From an uncultured virus (IMG/VR IMGVR_UViG_3300046691_000407) (lineage: Duplodnaviria; Heunggongvirae; Uroviricota; Caudoviricetes): DNA of 64,000 nucleotides. The DNA lies in the IMG/VR virus record IMGVR_UViG_3300046691_000407; one strand, 5' to 3'. The notes under the pieces are model-generated. The model saw only the letters and a list, made by a program, of their open reading frames with translations. It was not told the DNA's origin and made no database searches. Below, one piece after another: positions 10,803 to 22,089 of the stretch (position 1 is the stretch's first letter; each line of letters begins with the position of its first letter). The position numbers and the translations under genes were made by a program.

Positions 10803-11123
10803 CTAGCGCCAGACTCTGACAGTTGCATCCGGATGCTGGATGCATGCCTTCAGGTAGGCCGTCACGAACTGCACCAGCCCATCGTAGCTGCCCCAGCCAT
10901 TATCGGGGTTCAGGGCTTCGAACTGGACCGGATCGGACACGAGCGTCATGAGGCCGGCCTTCAGCGGCTCGATGAGCTGGCTGGCGGTGTCGACACCGAT
11001 CTCGTCTGGCCGCCACAGTTCCCTGTAGCATCCGGCCGCCTCGGCGATGCGGTTGACGTTGTGGGTGATGTTGGCCTCGTAGACGGTCTGGTTTTTGACC
11101 TCGAGATAGACATCCAGGCTCAT
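10803..11123 (-). CDS. phage-type conserved hypothetical protein
   Basis: MSLDVYL...ANITHN...NPDNGWGSY; AAGGAG RBS. Confidence 0.7.
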   Translation of the reverse strand: MSLDVYLEVKNQTVYEANITHNVNRIAEAAGCYRELWRPDEIGVDTASQLIEPLKAGLMTLVSDPVQFEALNPDNGWGSYDGLVQFVTAYLKACIQHPDATVRVWR

Positions 11124-11139
11124 TGGGGTCTCCTTCCGG

Positions 11140-11757
11140 TCACTTGGCGGCCGCGGTTTCGGCGGGAACCGGGAACTGTGCCGCCAGCAGATCCGCCATG
11201 GGCGCGATCACTGCAGTGTCAGCCTTGAAATCGCCCTTGTAGGGGTCGGCGAAGATGTTCTCGGAGCCTTTCGGCCAGTAGTCGATCGCGGTAGTCACGG
11301 TTCCATCGGCGTTGACCCTGCCAACGGAGTAGTGAATGCGAGATCCGTTGTCCTCCTCGAGCCTCCAGATGCGGACATTGCCCCTCTCGATGCAGGGGTG
11401 CAGGTCGCTGCGGAGCCATTCACCTTCGGTGACGTAGCCGTTGAAGGTGCAGATCCTGTCGAAGTGCTGCGAGACTGCCTGACGGAGATGGTTTCCGGCG
11501 CGTTCCCGCGCGGTGAAGTATGCGTCCTGGATATTGAGATAGGCAGCCCGGTCACTGCCGTTCCGCAACTCTTCCTCGGAGGTCATCGCTCCGATGGCGA
11601 CGCTTGCGGACATGGCGGCGATGCCGAGGATGCAGGACAGGAGGATGTTGAAACCCTTGTTGGCCTTCGTCTTGAATCCCTGGTAGAGGGCGAACGCAAG
11701 CAGGGCGGATCCGAAAAGGACGGCGACGCTAACAAGGATGGTGACTGGGCTTGGCAC
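11140..11757 (-). CDS. membrane-anchored protein, CxxNG...PC family paralog 2
   Basis: Two TM segments; FDRICTFNGY...DLHPC; AAGGA RBS. Confidence 0.7.
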   Translation of the reverse strand: MPSPVTILVSVAVLFGSALLAFALYQGFKTKANKGFNILLSCILGIAAMSASVAIGAMTSEEELRNGSDRAAYLNIQDAYFTARERAGNHLRQAVSQHFDRICTFNGYVTEGEWLRSDLHPCIERGNVRIWRLEEDNGSRIHYSVGRVNADGTVTTAIDYWPKGSENIFADPYKGDFKADTAVIAPMADLLAAQFPVPAETAAAK

Positions 11758-11782
11758 GTTTGTAATTCCTTTGGGTCAGGGG

Positions 11783-12511
11783 CTACTTCGCGTCTGGAAG
11801 TCGGGTCACATGATCCGGATCGAGGGGCACGACGAGCTGCAGAGCCTCTTTGAAGATGCGCGTGTTCTGGGCCACAGCGTCATCGGCGGCCTTGGCGGCA
11901 GCAGCGGCGTCGGCCACCTGCTTCGACGCGCGGTCTTCGACCGCCTTCGAGAATGCGTCGATGTCGAGGTAGCCATCCGAGTGGATGTCCTGATCCATGA
12001 TGTCAAGCGGGTGGGTCATGCGCCGCCAGGAGTCTTCCTTGAAGTAGGAAATGGTGTCGTCAAAGGCGCGGACAGCCCGCTTGTCTCCGACCGCGATGCA
12101 CGGCAGAACGCCGTAGACAAACGAATCCTTCAGGAAGCCGTTCGGCGTGCAGAGGTCGCTGAAGTCGTGCTGACCGAGAAAGCGTTCGAGGCCGACCTTG
12201 TAGTAGCCGCGCCACTCCGGAGAGCCGCGGTAGCCGTTGACCGGAACCTGCTGAAGGGCGACGGCTGTGTACGCGCTTTCCATGTTGGCGGCATCCATCG
12301 TCTCGTCGACGTGGCCTTCGACACTCGCCATGAATGCGGCCACGGCAGCGATGAGGGCCGCGCCGATGGTCACCCCGATAATGTCGTTGCGATGGCGTGT
12401 CGTCCATGGAAGCTTCTTCGGGGTGGTCGGTGCGGCCTGTGGTGTTTCCGCCAGCTCTTCGGAGCGCGATGCTAAGGGCGCTTCTGTCTCGATGTCTTTA
12501 TTGTCGCTCAT
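11783..12511 (-). CDS. membrane-anchored protein, CxxNG...PC family paralog 3
   Basis: One TM segment; FSDLCTPNGF...GVLPC. Confidence 0.68.
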   Translation of the reverse strand: MSDNKDIETEAPLASRSEELAETPQAAPTTPKKLPWTTRHRNDIIGVTIGAALIAAVAAFMASVEGHVDETMDAANMESAYTAVALQQVPVNGYRGSPEWRGYYKVGLERFLGQHDFSDLCTPNGFLKDSFVYGVLPCIAVGDKRAVRAFDDTISYFKEDSWRRMTHPLDIMDQDIHSDGYLDIDAFSKAVEDRASKQVADAAAAAKAADDAVAQNTRIFKEALQLVVPLDPDHVTRLPDAK

Positions 12512-12537
12512 GGCCGAAATGAATCCTGTTCGTGTGG

Positions 12538-13035
12538 TCAGATGTCGAGGACGAGCGCCTGCGGCGTGTCCGTGTTCTTGGTTGCGTTAAGGAGTTGGCC
12601 CTTCCGGAAGCTCGCAAGTCGCAGAGGCCACGTGCCGCCCGCGCGAGAAAAGGCAACCTTCGCATCACCGCCGATTTCCGCCTTGGTCAGCTCGAGGTGT
12701 CGGATGAGGTCGTCGAGCGTTGTTTCGTAAGGCGGAGGGGGCCGCGAGAAGTCGCGCGAGACGCTGTACACGCTGGCGACAAGCATGCCGAAAATCCCGG
12801 CGATGATGGAGTAGAAAGCTCCGTTCACGAAGATGCCGATGATGTTCCTGATCGTCAGAAGAGGTCCGGTGACGTTCACGTGCAGTAGCGCGGGGTGATC
12901 GGTGGGATCGCCGCCATTGTGCACGACCCACGCGATGTAGGCAGCGAACACCAGGAAGAACGGCGCGATCATGACGAAGATGATCGCCTTCTCTTCGAGG
13001 CTGGAGACTTTCTTGGTCTGTGCTGACTGTGTCAT
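12538..13035 (-). CDS. hypothetical membrane protein
   Basis: Two hydrophobic segments; first gene of the minus-strand cluster after tuf. Confidence 0.62.
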   Translation of the reverse strand: MTQSAQTKKVSSLEEKAIIFVMIAPFFLVFAAYIAWVVHNGGDPTDHPALLHVNVTGPLLTIRNIIGIFVNGAFYSIIAGIFGMLVASVYSVSRDFSRPPPPYETTLDDLIRHLELTKAEIGGDAKVAFSRAGGTWPLRLASFRKGQLLNATKNTDTPQALVLDI

Positions 13036-13068
13036 TGGTGTCCGCTTCTGGATCGGAGATCGATGGTG

Positions 13069-13098
13069 CGACGGGGGAGCCGCGAGACTCCCCCGTCG
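13069..13098 (-). terminator. hairpin after tuf
   Basis: CGACGGGGGAG/CTCCCCCGTCG 11-bp stem directly after the tuf stop; no clear U-tract. Confidence 0.6.
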
Positions 13099-13102
13099 GG
13101 GA

Positions 13103-14278
<1,176 letters not shown>

Positions 14279-14311
14279 GTTGTGACTCCTTGCGTGGTAG
14301 GTTGCAGTCTC

Positions 14312-14379
14312 CTGTTACGCAAGGATTCGATGAAGGTCAACAGGATTCGCTCGTCAAACCCCTTTGAATCCTGTTGACC
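14312..14379 (-). promoter_or_regulatory. tuf promoter candidate with overlapping 14-bp inverted repeat
   Basis: Minus strand TTGACC-17 nt-TAACAG; perfect inverted repeat GGTCAACAGGATTC (14335-14348) / GAATCCTGTTGACC (14366-14379); three GANTC sites. Confidence 0.6.
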
Positions 14380-14404
14380 GAGGGCGGCGGTTCCCGCCAG
14401 TCCT

Positions 14405-17400
14405 CTAGTTGCTTAGCGTGGTCGTGATCGTCTGGCTCGTGCTCGAACCGCTCGAGAAGCGTCCCGCCTGTGTCCATGTGGTTCCGTCGTCCGACCACGA
14501 GAAGATGCCCGTGACGTTCGTTTCGAATCCAGTCCTGGTCGAGGTTATCGCCTTGTTCAGCGCGACGGGCTTGTCGAAGGTGAACGTCACGTTCAGGGGA
14601 GCGGAAGCCGCAGTCGAAGGATTGTCATCGATCATGGCCGGCCTGCTGGACGGTGTTCCGGCCGCCATCGCATTGAAGTTCCCGCTGTAGAGGTTCATTT
14701 CGAAGACATCGCCGGCATACTGCGAATTCTTCGATCCCTGGAAGCGCCAGTAGCGGTGTCCCGTATCACCCGCAACGATGCTGATGGCGATGTTCTGCTG
14801 CAGGGTCTGGAACTCGTCCGCATATGTCAGGACGACATTGTACGTTCCCACGCCCGCCGGGGTGCCGCTGATGACACCCGTGGCCGGGTTGAAGGAGAGG
14901 CCTGCCGGGAGATCGCCCGCCAGTGTCATCGCGCCGCTGCTGATGGGGTTGATGAGCCTCGGCGTACGAGACGTGTAAGCCGCGCCTTCAATGGCAAGGA
15001 AGCTGTCCATGAAGAGACTCAGATCGAGCTTCGTGTATGTGACGTTGTAGGTGAACGTGCGGATCGTGATCCCGTCGTAGCTTTCCGTGACCGTCACGAC
15101 GTTGGTGCCCGTGGCGGTGATATAGCCGCTGATGGCGCCCGTCGCCGGATCCACCGCCAGATTCTGGCCTCCGGCGGCCTTCGAGGTGAAGGCGAATGAC
15201 ACGGCGGCACTCGGAATCCCTGAGGATTGGGTCGGAGGGTCTAGCGTGACCGGCACATTGGGGCGTGACGAGAAGGCAACGGCCGGATATGCGAGCCTCG
15301 GGTTCGACGCATAGACGAATGTCATCGGCGCCGTTTCGCTGTAGAGGCCGTCCAGGTCGGTCACGCGCAGTTTTATCCCCTTGTACACGCCGATTTCAGC
15401 ATTGGTGCCGATCACCTTGCTCAGGACATACACGCCCGACGCATTGACGGTAATCGACATGCCGGGTGGCAGTGAAGCGGAGTCTGGCGCGAGCGCGACG
15501 ATGTCTCCAACCTTCTTGTTGGTGTAGGTCGGGGTGATCGTGGCGGCTGCCGTTGCGATGTATCCCGTGGGGGTGGGGGTCAGCGCAATGGTCGGCGGCA
15601 GGCCGTTGTTGACAACGACGATGCTGATCTGGGCCGTTCCTGTGGCTCCGAGGCTGTCCGTGTTGGTCAGCGTGCCGCCGAAGGTTCCCATCTGCGTCGG
15701 CGTGCCCGCGAAGCGTCCGGAAGCGGCGGTGAACGTTATGCCTGTCGGCAGCGTCCCCTCGTATTTCCAAGTTCCGGTTCCGACGATGTTGGTCGCGGTC
15801 GCCGTGACCGCTGTCATGGTCGCGTTGACGGCAACATCGATGCGGGCGGGAACGTTGACGGTGGTCTCGGGGATGACCTTGATGCTGACCGGTTTCGACG
15901 TGACGCGGTCGGATCCGTCGGTGATGTGAATGTTCGGCGTGAAGTCGATGAGTTTTGTCGCCGATCCCGAAATGATGCCCGTTGCGGGATCGATTGCGAG
16001 GCCGTACTGGGCGAGCGTGTCGTCGGCCCAGAGGTAGACGTCGCCCACATGGTTCGACCACGTCGGCTTTGTCGTGAGGATCGGATAGCCGACCTTCGTG
16101 ACGAAGTTCGTCACCGTCAGATTGATCGGACTGCCGTTGGTGGAGACGACCAGGGAGAGCGTCTTCGTCACAGTGCCGCCCACTGCGTCCGTTGCTGTCA
16201 CGGTGATGCCGGAGAATGTTCCGACAACGGTCGCCCGGCCTGTGAACATGCCTTTGGAGGCATCGAAGACGATGCCTGTCGGCAGATTGCCCGTCTGCGT
16301 GAAGGAAACCTTACCGACAGCGTTCGTGACGGGCAGCGTCAGCTTGTAGCTCATGTTGGCGTAGACCGCGTACGAAGCCGGGGTGTTCATCGTTAGCGGG
16401 AGGCGATCGGTGATCGTCAGCGTGAACGGAGCAGTCTGGGCCGAGGATCCCGTGGAATCCGTCACCTTGATGACGATGCCCGGGGCGGTTCCCTTGACCG
16501 TGGGCGTTCCGGAGATGTAGCCGGATCTCGGGTCGATCGTCAGGCCTTGCGGCAGGGTTCCTGACAGTATCTCGTAGCGGACCGATCCGATCGGGTTGGT
16601 CGCGACGGCCCTTGCATCCACGGACGAGTACTGGTTGAAGCTTATCGTCGGCGGCCGCGCGATGGAGAGCAGCCCCACTGCGGTGAAGCGGATGGTGGTG
16701 GATTTCGAGCGGCCGAAGTCGTCAGTGACAATAGCCGAGGCTTCGTACGTGCCCTCCTCGGGGAACGATCCTGAAATCGATCCGTCGACGCTGTTGAGCG
16801 TCATTCCATGGGGCATCGGCCCGCCGTCGGCAGTCGCGAAGGTGACAGGCTTCGTCACGTTCGCGACGTTCAGGGTCTTCAGGAAGGATTCACCCACACG
16901 GACGGTGTAGTAAATCGTCGTTGCTAGGCTTATCGATCCGAGGCGCGAGACGCCGATCTCGAAGGGGCCGTAGCGCCCCGCATAGTCGTCTCCTTCTGCG
17001 TCGGTCGCCTTGACGACGATGCCGGGGAAACGTCCGTCGACCTTAGGATACCCCGTGAAGTAGCCCGTCCTGCCATCGAACTGCAGGCCTTCGGGAAGGC
17101 TGCCTTCGACGGAATAGGTCATCGCGCCGATCCCATTCTTCACCGACGGCTTGCGCGGCAGCGTGTTGCCCGCGTTCAGGTAGATCGGCTTGGTGAAATC
17201 ATACGATAGCTCCACCGGGAGGCGGTTCGCGATTCTGATGTTGGCGGGAAGCTGGACGGCAGTTCCGGCGGCGTCGGTTATCGCGAGCAGCATGTTGCCA
17301 GTCTGGTTCTCCACAACGGGCGTTCCGGAGACCACGCCATCCTCGTATTCAAGTCCGGCAGGAAGGCTGCCCTGGAAGGTGTAGGTGATCGGCTCGATGC

Positions 17401-19816
17401 CATTGGCAATCTGTGCGCTGATCGTTGTGCTGGATCCGCGCGGCAGATCGAAGGTCGATGAGGTGGCCATGCGCATCATCGCGAACGCCGAGACGCGTGA
17501 GGAGGCTCCCGTAAGCGATGCGGTCATCGGCTCGAGGACGTTGAGGGTGAATGGCCCGGACAAGGAACGATGGCCCTCGTCGGTGAGTTTCATCGGGAAG
17601 GTCAGCGTGCCCACGGCATTGACCGTGCCCACGAGCTTGTCGCCGACGACCGTTACCCCCTCGGGAAGATCCTGAAGGTCGTAGGTAATCTTGCCAAAGG
17701 CGTTGGCAGGTTGCGGCAGAGGCAGGGAGAAGGGAACCCCAACGGTCCAGGTGGCGGTGGCATCCGTCGCCTGGAGTTCCTCGAGGTCTGTCGGGGCAAC
17801 GATGGAGATCGCGAATACGGGGCTCACTGCCGCATATCCCTCCCCGTCGGTGGCCTTTACCTGCAGGCCGCCGTAGGAGCCTTCCGGTTCGCTCGTGCTG
17901 CCGATGAGCTGCCCGTAGCGGTTTAGGGAGAGGCCGGCAGGCAACTGGCCGGCCACGAGCTCGTACGTCACTCCGTCGAATGTGTTCGTTGCCGTGGCGA
18001 CCTGAACAATGTTGTCAACGAAGCGCTCGACAATGGTGGCGTTGATGGCGATCTGGACTCCGGGGCGATCCTCGACCTCGATCGAGAACGTATTGGACGA
18101 AGTGGTTGCGCCGCTCTCGTCCTCGAGGCGGATGCGGATGCCGGAGGTCATTCCAGTCGCCTTTGGCTCACCAAGGATCAGGCCCGTTTTCGGCTGGAGG
18201 ACGAGGCCATGCGGCAACTGGCCGGCCGCGAGCGTGAACGTCGGTTCGCCGATAATACTCTGGTCGGCGATCGACGGTGCGGCGCTGGATGCAATGCGGC
18301 GGAAGGCCTTTATAACGTTGTCGTAGGAGAGTGACAGCGGGTTGAATGCAGTGATCGGCTGTGTGAATACGCTCTCGCGCCCGTCACCGTTGGTGAAGTT
18401 GAAGGGAATGGAATAGTCGCCCGCGACACCTGCGATTCCGGAAACCTTTGCGTTCGCGTACTCGATGCTGAGTACGGGGCTCGGCGTTGCTCCCGCGGCC
18501 AACGAGAAGCTGTGCGGATTGATGACACCCGTCCCGAACGAGGGGCCATCCGTGCTGAAGGCTTCTCCGGTGCGGACTGATTTCGCAGCGAACGACACGA
18601 CGACCTGTTCCGGCCGGATCTTGAACGAGAACGGCTTCGTCTCTCCATGGCCGTTGTCGGATGTCGAGACGGAGATGACGATGCCGTCCTGAGTCTCCTC
18701 CCGTGTTGGAGTCCCGGAGATGATCCCAGTCTCAGGATCGAGCAGGAGACCGTCCGGGAGCTGTCCGGCGACGACCTGCCAGTCCATGCTGCCGGACAGC
18801 TCTTCCCCAGTGAGCTTCGTGGCGTACGGCGATCCCACCGTGCCCTGAAGGTCTCTCATGTCGGAGATGTCGATGTCGGGTGCGAAGGTTGAGAGGGCGA
18901 AGACGTTCGACTTGCCGCTGGTGCCATCGGCATCGAAGGCCTCGATCTGGAAGCGAAGCGCGGTGTTGAACGTGCGGATGTAGCCCCGCAGATCGCCATC
19001 GGAACCGAACGTGAGCGAGGATGGCTTGCCGTCGAGCGCGGTCAGGCGATACTTGAGTTCTCCTACGCTGTGTCGGATCCTGCTGTTGACGACGAACTCG
19101 TCCTCCAGATGCTGATGCTTGTCGGCGATGAAGTCGAAGGTCGGTCCATCCTGCACGATGAGATTGCCCGCGGCGAAAGCCACTTCCTTGTCCATGTAGT
19201 CGTAGCCGATGAAAGCCACGCTCGTGTCGTACGGCTTCGACGGCGTGCCGACGAGATTCTGGCCCTCGGTATGGAAGTCATCAGGAAGCGGGGCGAGAGA
19301 CTCCCAGCGCGTCACGGGCGTGGTCGAGGGAATGTCCCTGAACATGTACTTGCCGGTGTGTCCGTAGAAGACCAGGTTCTGGGGCGTTCCAACTGGATTA
19401 TGGAAGCGGAAAGTGATGTCGGCGCGTGCGATGGCCTTCCCGGTGATGTCATATCCGAGAAGAATGGCGTTGCGAGGCGACGTGGATCCTGACGCGATGC
19501 CCGAAATCACCCCGGCATCGGGGTCGAGCGATAGACCCGGCTGGTAGGATCCCTTTGATCTCCTCCACTCGACCACGTCCTTCGTCGCGACGGGGATGAC
19601 CTTGGAGAACTCGTAGCCGACCGCCCCGGCGAAGAACACCGTGATGTCGTTGCCGATCCCGTAGCCGGGGTCCACCGTGCCGGGCTCTTCTGGAGTGACA
19701 GAGGCGTTGGCAATGGGAAGTCTATGCCGAAAAATGTAGCTGTCGGCGCGTACCGGAACCGAGGAGGTTGCGATTATCGAAGCGGCCAGAGCGGCATTGA
19801 TCAGGATTCGGAACAC
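14405..19816 (-). CDS. large secreted putative-Ig repeat protein with discoidin-like C-terminal tip, paralog B
   Basis: 1803 aa, colinear with 2434..7875 (shared GNDITVxFxGAxGY, DVVEWRRSKGSYQPGL); signal peptide; divergent tip ending SDDGTTW. Confidence 0.88.
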   Translation of the reverse strand: MFRILINAALAASIIATSSVPVRADSYIFRHRLPIANASVTPEEPGTVDPGYGIGNDITVFFAGAVGYEFSKVIPVATKDVVEWRRSKGSYQPGLSLDPDAGVISGIASGSTSPRNAILLGYDITGKAIARADITFRFHNPVGTPQNLVFYGHTGKYMFRDIPSTTPVTRWESLAPLPDDFHTEGQNLVGTPSKPYDTSVAFIGYDYMDKEVAFAAGNLIVQDGPTFDFIADKHQHLEDEFVVNSRIRHSVGELKYRLTALDGKPSSLTFGSDGDLRGYIRTFNTALRFQIEAFDADGTSGKSNVFALSTFAPDIDISDMRDLQGTVGSPYATKLTGEELSGSMDWQVVAGQLPDGLLLDPETGIISGTPTREETQDGIVISVSTSDNGHGETKPFSFKIRPEQVVVSFAAKSVRTGEAFSTDGPSFGTGVINPHSFSLAAGATPSPVLSIEYANAKVSGIAGVAGDYSIPFNFTNGDGRESVFTQPITAFNPLSLSYDNVIKAFRRIASSAAPSIADQSIIGEPTFTLAAGQLPHGLVLQPKTGLILGEPKATGMTSGIRIRLEDESGATTSSNTFSIEVEDRPGVQIAINATIVERFVDNIVQVATATNTFDGVTYELVAGQLPAGLSLNRYGQLIGSTSEPEGSYGGLQVKATDGEGYAAVSPVFAISIVAPTDLEELQATDATATWTVGVPFSLPLPQPANAFGKITYDLQDLPEGVTVVGDKLVGTVNAVGTLTFPMKLTDEGHRSLSGPFTLNVLEPMTASLTGASSRVSAFAMMRMATSSTFDLPRGSSTTISAQIANGIEPITYTFQGSLPAGLEYEDGVVSGTPVVENQTGNMLLAITDAAGTAVQLPANIRIANRLPVELSYDFTKPIYLNAGNTLPRKPSVKNGIGAMTYSVEGSLPEGLQFDGRTGYFTGYPKVDGRFPGIVVKATDAEGDDYAGRYGPFEIGVSRLGSISLATTIYYTVRVGESFLKTLNVANVTKPVTFATADGGPMPHGMTLNSVDGSISGSFPEEGTYEASAIVTDDFGRSKSTTIRFTAVGLLSIARPPTISFNQYSSVDARAVATNPIGSVRYEILSGTLPQGLTIDPRSGYISGTPTVKGTAPGIVIKVTDSTGSSAQTAPFTLTITDRLPLTMNTPASYAVYANMSYKLTLPVTNAVGKVSFTQTGNLPTGIVFDASKGMFTGRATVVGTFSGITVTATDAVGGTVTKTLSLVVSTNGSPINLTVTNFVTKVGYPILTTKPTWSNHVGDVYLWADDTLAQYGLAIDPATGIISGSATKLIDFTPNIHITDGSDRVTSKPVSIKVIPETTVNVPARIDVAVNATMTAVTATATNIVGTGTWKYEGTLPTGITFTAASGRFAGTPTQMGTFGGTLTNTDSLGATGTAQISIVVVNNGLPPTIALTPTPTGYIATAAATITPTYTNKKVGDIVALAPDSASLPPGMSITVNASGVYVLSKVIGTNAEIGVYKGIKLRVTDLDGLYSETAPMTFVYASNPRLAYPAVAFSSRPNVPVTLDPPTQSSGIPSAAVSFAFTSKAAGGQNLAVDPATGAISGYITATGTNVVTVTESYDGITIRTFTYNVTYTKLDLSLFMDSFLAIEGAAYTSRTPRLINPISSGAMTLAGDLPAGLSFNPATGVISGTPAGVGTYNVVLTYADEFQTLQQNIAISIVAGDTGHRYWRFQGSKNSQYAGDVFEMNLYSGNFNAMAAGTPSSRPAMIDDNPSTAASAPLNVTFTFDKPVALNKAITSTRTGFETNVTGIFSWSDDGTTWTQAGRFSSGSSTSQTITTTLSN

Positions 19817-20033
19817 AAGTACCCCCAGAGTATTGCAAAGCAGAGATCATAACTCCGTCGGCGCAAGAATTCATCCGTGGATTTACAGGGGCTACCATCG
19901 TTCAGAGGATTGAGCTCCCTTTGAGTCCTTTCTGACGGGTCAACTCATTGGGTGGAATTTCAATCGGGGTTGAGTCTGATGCGTCCGTCGCATAAAGTTG
20001 ACACCTGATGCCGCCTGCCCAAAGGAAGTCGCG

Positions 20034-20360
20034 ATGCGTGGAAGCGAGAATGTCGGTCTGAGCGATGAAAGATACAGGGATGCAGCCGGATTCCTGCTGT
20101 CGATTCCGATCTACCTCGGGGCGTTCTCCGCTTCATGGGTGGCTTTCGGATTCGGCAAGGCTGCTGCGCTTCTTGCCCTCTTCCTTGTGGTCGGGGGTCA
20201 TCGTGCCGTGTCCGCCCTCACCTCCCGATGGGTGCGAAACCTGCCGAAGCCCGAAGCAGCTCCATATGTCCGCCGCGGCCGTGCGAAGGGATCCGGGAAG
20301 CCGCAGAAGATGCTGGTGATCGAACATGATCCAGACGAGTTCGCGCGGCCGCGGCGCTGA
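20034..20360 (+). CDS. small membrane protein
   Basis: AAGGA RBS, two TM segments. Confidence 0.55.
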   Translation: MRGSENVGLSDERYRDAAGFLLSIPIYLGAFSASWVAFGFGKAAALLALFLVVGGHRAVSALTSRWVRNLPKPEAAPYVRRGRAKGSGKPQKMLVIEHDPDEFARPRR

Positions 20361-20365
20361 CGACC

Positions 20366-21067
20366 TCAGCGCATGATGGTGGCGGCCCTGACCTTGCGCA
20401 TCTTCTCTGGATCGAAAGTGTGGAAGTCCTTCGAGATACCCGTCGATATGAAGATCCAGTCCACGAAGAGGGAGATGTCGGCCGCGTTCTCCGGCGTGAC
20501 CCCGCTCGCGACGGCCATGTCGCCTTGGGGAATCCTGTGCCGCATGGTGCGGAGCTTCTGGAGATCCGGTGCGATCCCGGTCGCCGGGCCGCTCGTGGTG
20601 GCGACCCAGCCCAATCCCGATGCCTTCTGGGCTGCGGTGGCGGCGTGGTCGTCGCTCGGTTCCGGCTGCTGCGTCTTGAAGGCGACCGATCCGAAGAACT
20701 GGTAGTTTCCGTTGATCCTGCGTGCTCTGTCGAACGCCTCCCTGTAGACATCGGTCACGGGAGTGAATCCATTCGAGGATACGCCGGGGTTGTCCACCCA
20801 GGTTCCATCGAGACCGAGCGCAAGATCGCGCGGCACGACCAGCTCCGGCGGCGTGGTCAGGCGGTTGGCGATGACCGCGAGTTCGGGGAGCTCGCTCTTG
20901 ATGCGGACAGACGGACGGTCGATGAGTTCGTCCAATCCCTGCATGTGGATCAGGGACACGCCATCGAATCCTGCAGCGTCCGCCATGCGTGCGTTCTCAA
21001 GCGACAGATCGTCGTTGTGATGGTGGATGACGGCGATGAGCTTGGTTCTCAGACTGTTATAGGGCAT
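20366..21067 (-). CDS. BtpA/SgcQ-like TIM-barrel protein
   Basis: TSGPATG, ASGVTPEN and FISTGI phosphate-binding barrel motifs. Confidence 0.65.
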   Translation of the reverse strand: MPYNSLRTKLIAVIHHHNDDLSLENARMADAAGFDGVSLIHMQGLDELIDRPSVRIKSELPELAVIANRLTTPPELVVPRDLALGLDGTWVDNPGVSSNGFTPVTDVYREAFDRARRINGNYQFFGSVAFKTQQPEPSDDHAATAAQKASGLGWVATTSGPATGIAPDLQKLRTMRHRIPQGDMAVASGVTPENAADISLFVDWIFISTGISKDFHTFDPEKMRKVRAATIMR

Positions 21068-21154
21068 CTGGTCTCCTGATGTCGGATCTGCGGGCTTACC
21101 GCATGCGCGGCGGTGTGTTACGAATAGGCTACTTCAAGATGCAGAGGGATTGCC

Positions 21155-21601
21155 ATGGGTACGAGAGCTGATTTCTACGTCGGACGCGGCGAGGACATGG
21201 AGTGGATCGGTTCGATCGCGTGGGACGGATATCCGCACGGTCTCGTTGGCAAAGGCATCCTCGACGCTGCCAGCGAGGAGGAATTCCGTTCGGCGCTCTT
21301 GGCGCTTGCCGCCGACCGTTCGGACTTCACAACTCCCGACAAGGGCTGGCCGTGGCCGTGGGCTGACAGCTTCACGACCGACTTCGCCTATGCCTTCGAC
21401 GGGGACAGATTGTACGTCTCGCGCGAAACCGACGACCACAGCGACTGGGTCGAAGCCGTCCACTTCGAGCGGGAGGAACAGATGGACCGCAAGATCATGG
21501 GGGAGCTTCCCTCGTGCGGGCCTCTCGCCTATCCCGACATGACGGAGGTTCAGAACGTCGATTTCGGATCGCGCTCGGGACTGCTGATCCTCCGGGGCTG
21601 A
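21155..21601 (+). CDS. phage-type hypothetical protein (MGTR...WDGYP family)
   Basis: N-terminal MGTRA and WDGYP motif; GAGGG RBS. Confidence 0.65.
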   Translation: MGTRADFYVGRGEDMEWIGSIAWDGYPHGLVGKGILDAASEEEFRSALLALAADRSDFTTPDKGWPWPWADSFTTDFAYAFDGDRLYVSRETDDHSDWVEAVHFEREEQMDRKIMGELPSCGPLAYPDMTEVQNVDFGSRSGLLILRG

Positions 21602-21655
21602 CACCCGCTGGAGCCGGCCGCCGGGCCGGGTGACAATGGTCTGCGCGCGCTATGA

Positions 21656-22039
21656 ATGGACGGAACCATGCAGCAGACTGAAAAGGTGATAATCGCCTGC
21701 TACCTCCTCGATGCCGGACTGGACGGAGCGTCCGTCGCCGGGTTCATCCAGGCTCTCGAGGATGGGGTGGCGGCCGGCGAGGCCGACGCCCTGCAGATGC
21801 GCGAGGAGTTCAGGCTACGGCCCGCCGCCGGGTTGCCTGGCGGCGAGCTCGGCGAAATCGTCCGCGCCGTGGTCCTGCTGGCCGATCTCCATGACCGCGA
21901 GGCATGTCTCGAAAGCGTGTCGCGGGAACTTGGCCTCCTGCAGTCGTTGACCTCTTCCGATCAGCCTCACGAGCTTGCCGCCCGAGTGGCGGTCAGGCGC
22001 ATCGCAGAGGTCATCCGAAGCCATCCTGTCGGCGCATGA
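21656..22039 (+). CDS. hypothetical protein
   Basis: ORF fills the gap between co-oriented genes. Confidence 0.5.
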   Translation: MDGTMQQTEKVIIACYLLDAGLDGASVAGFIQALEDGVAAGEADALQMREEFRLRPAAGLPGGELGEIVRAVVLLADLHDREACLESVSRELGLLQSLTSSDQPHELAARVAVRRIAEVIRSHPVGA

Positions 22040-22089
22040 GTCTTGCTTGCCGTACCCCCACTATGGGCGAAGCTGACAGGAGGCGGGAC

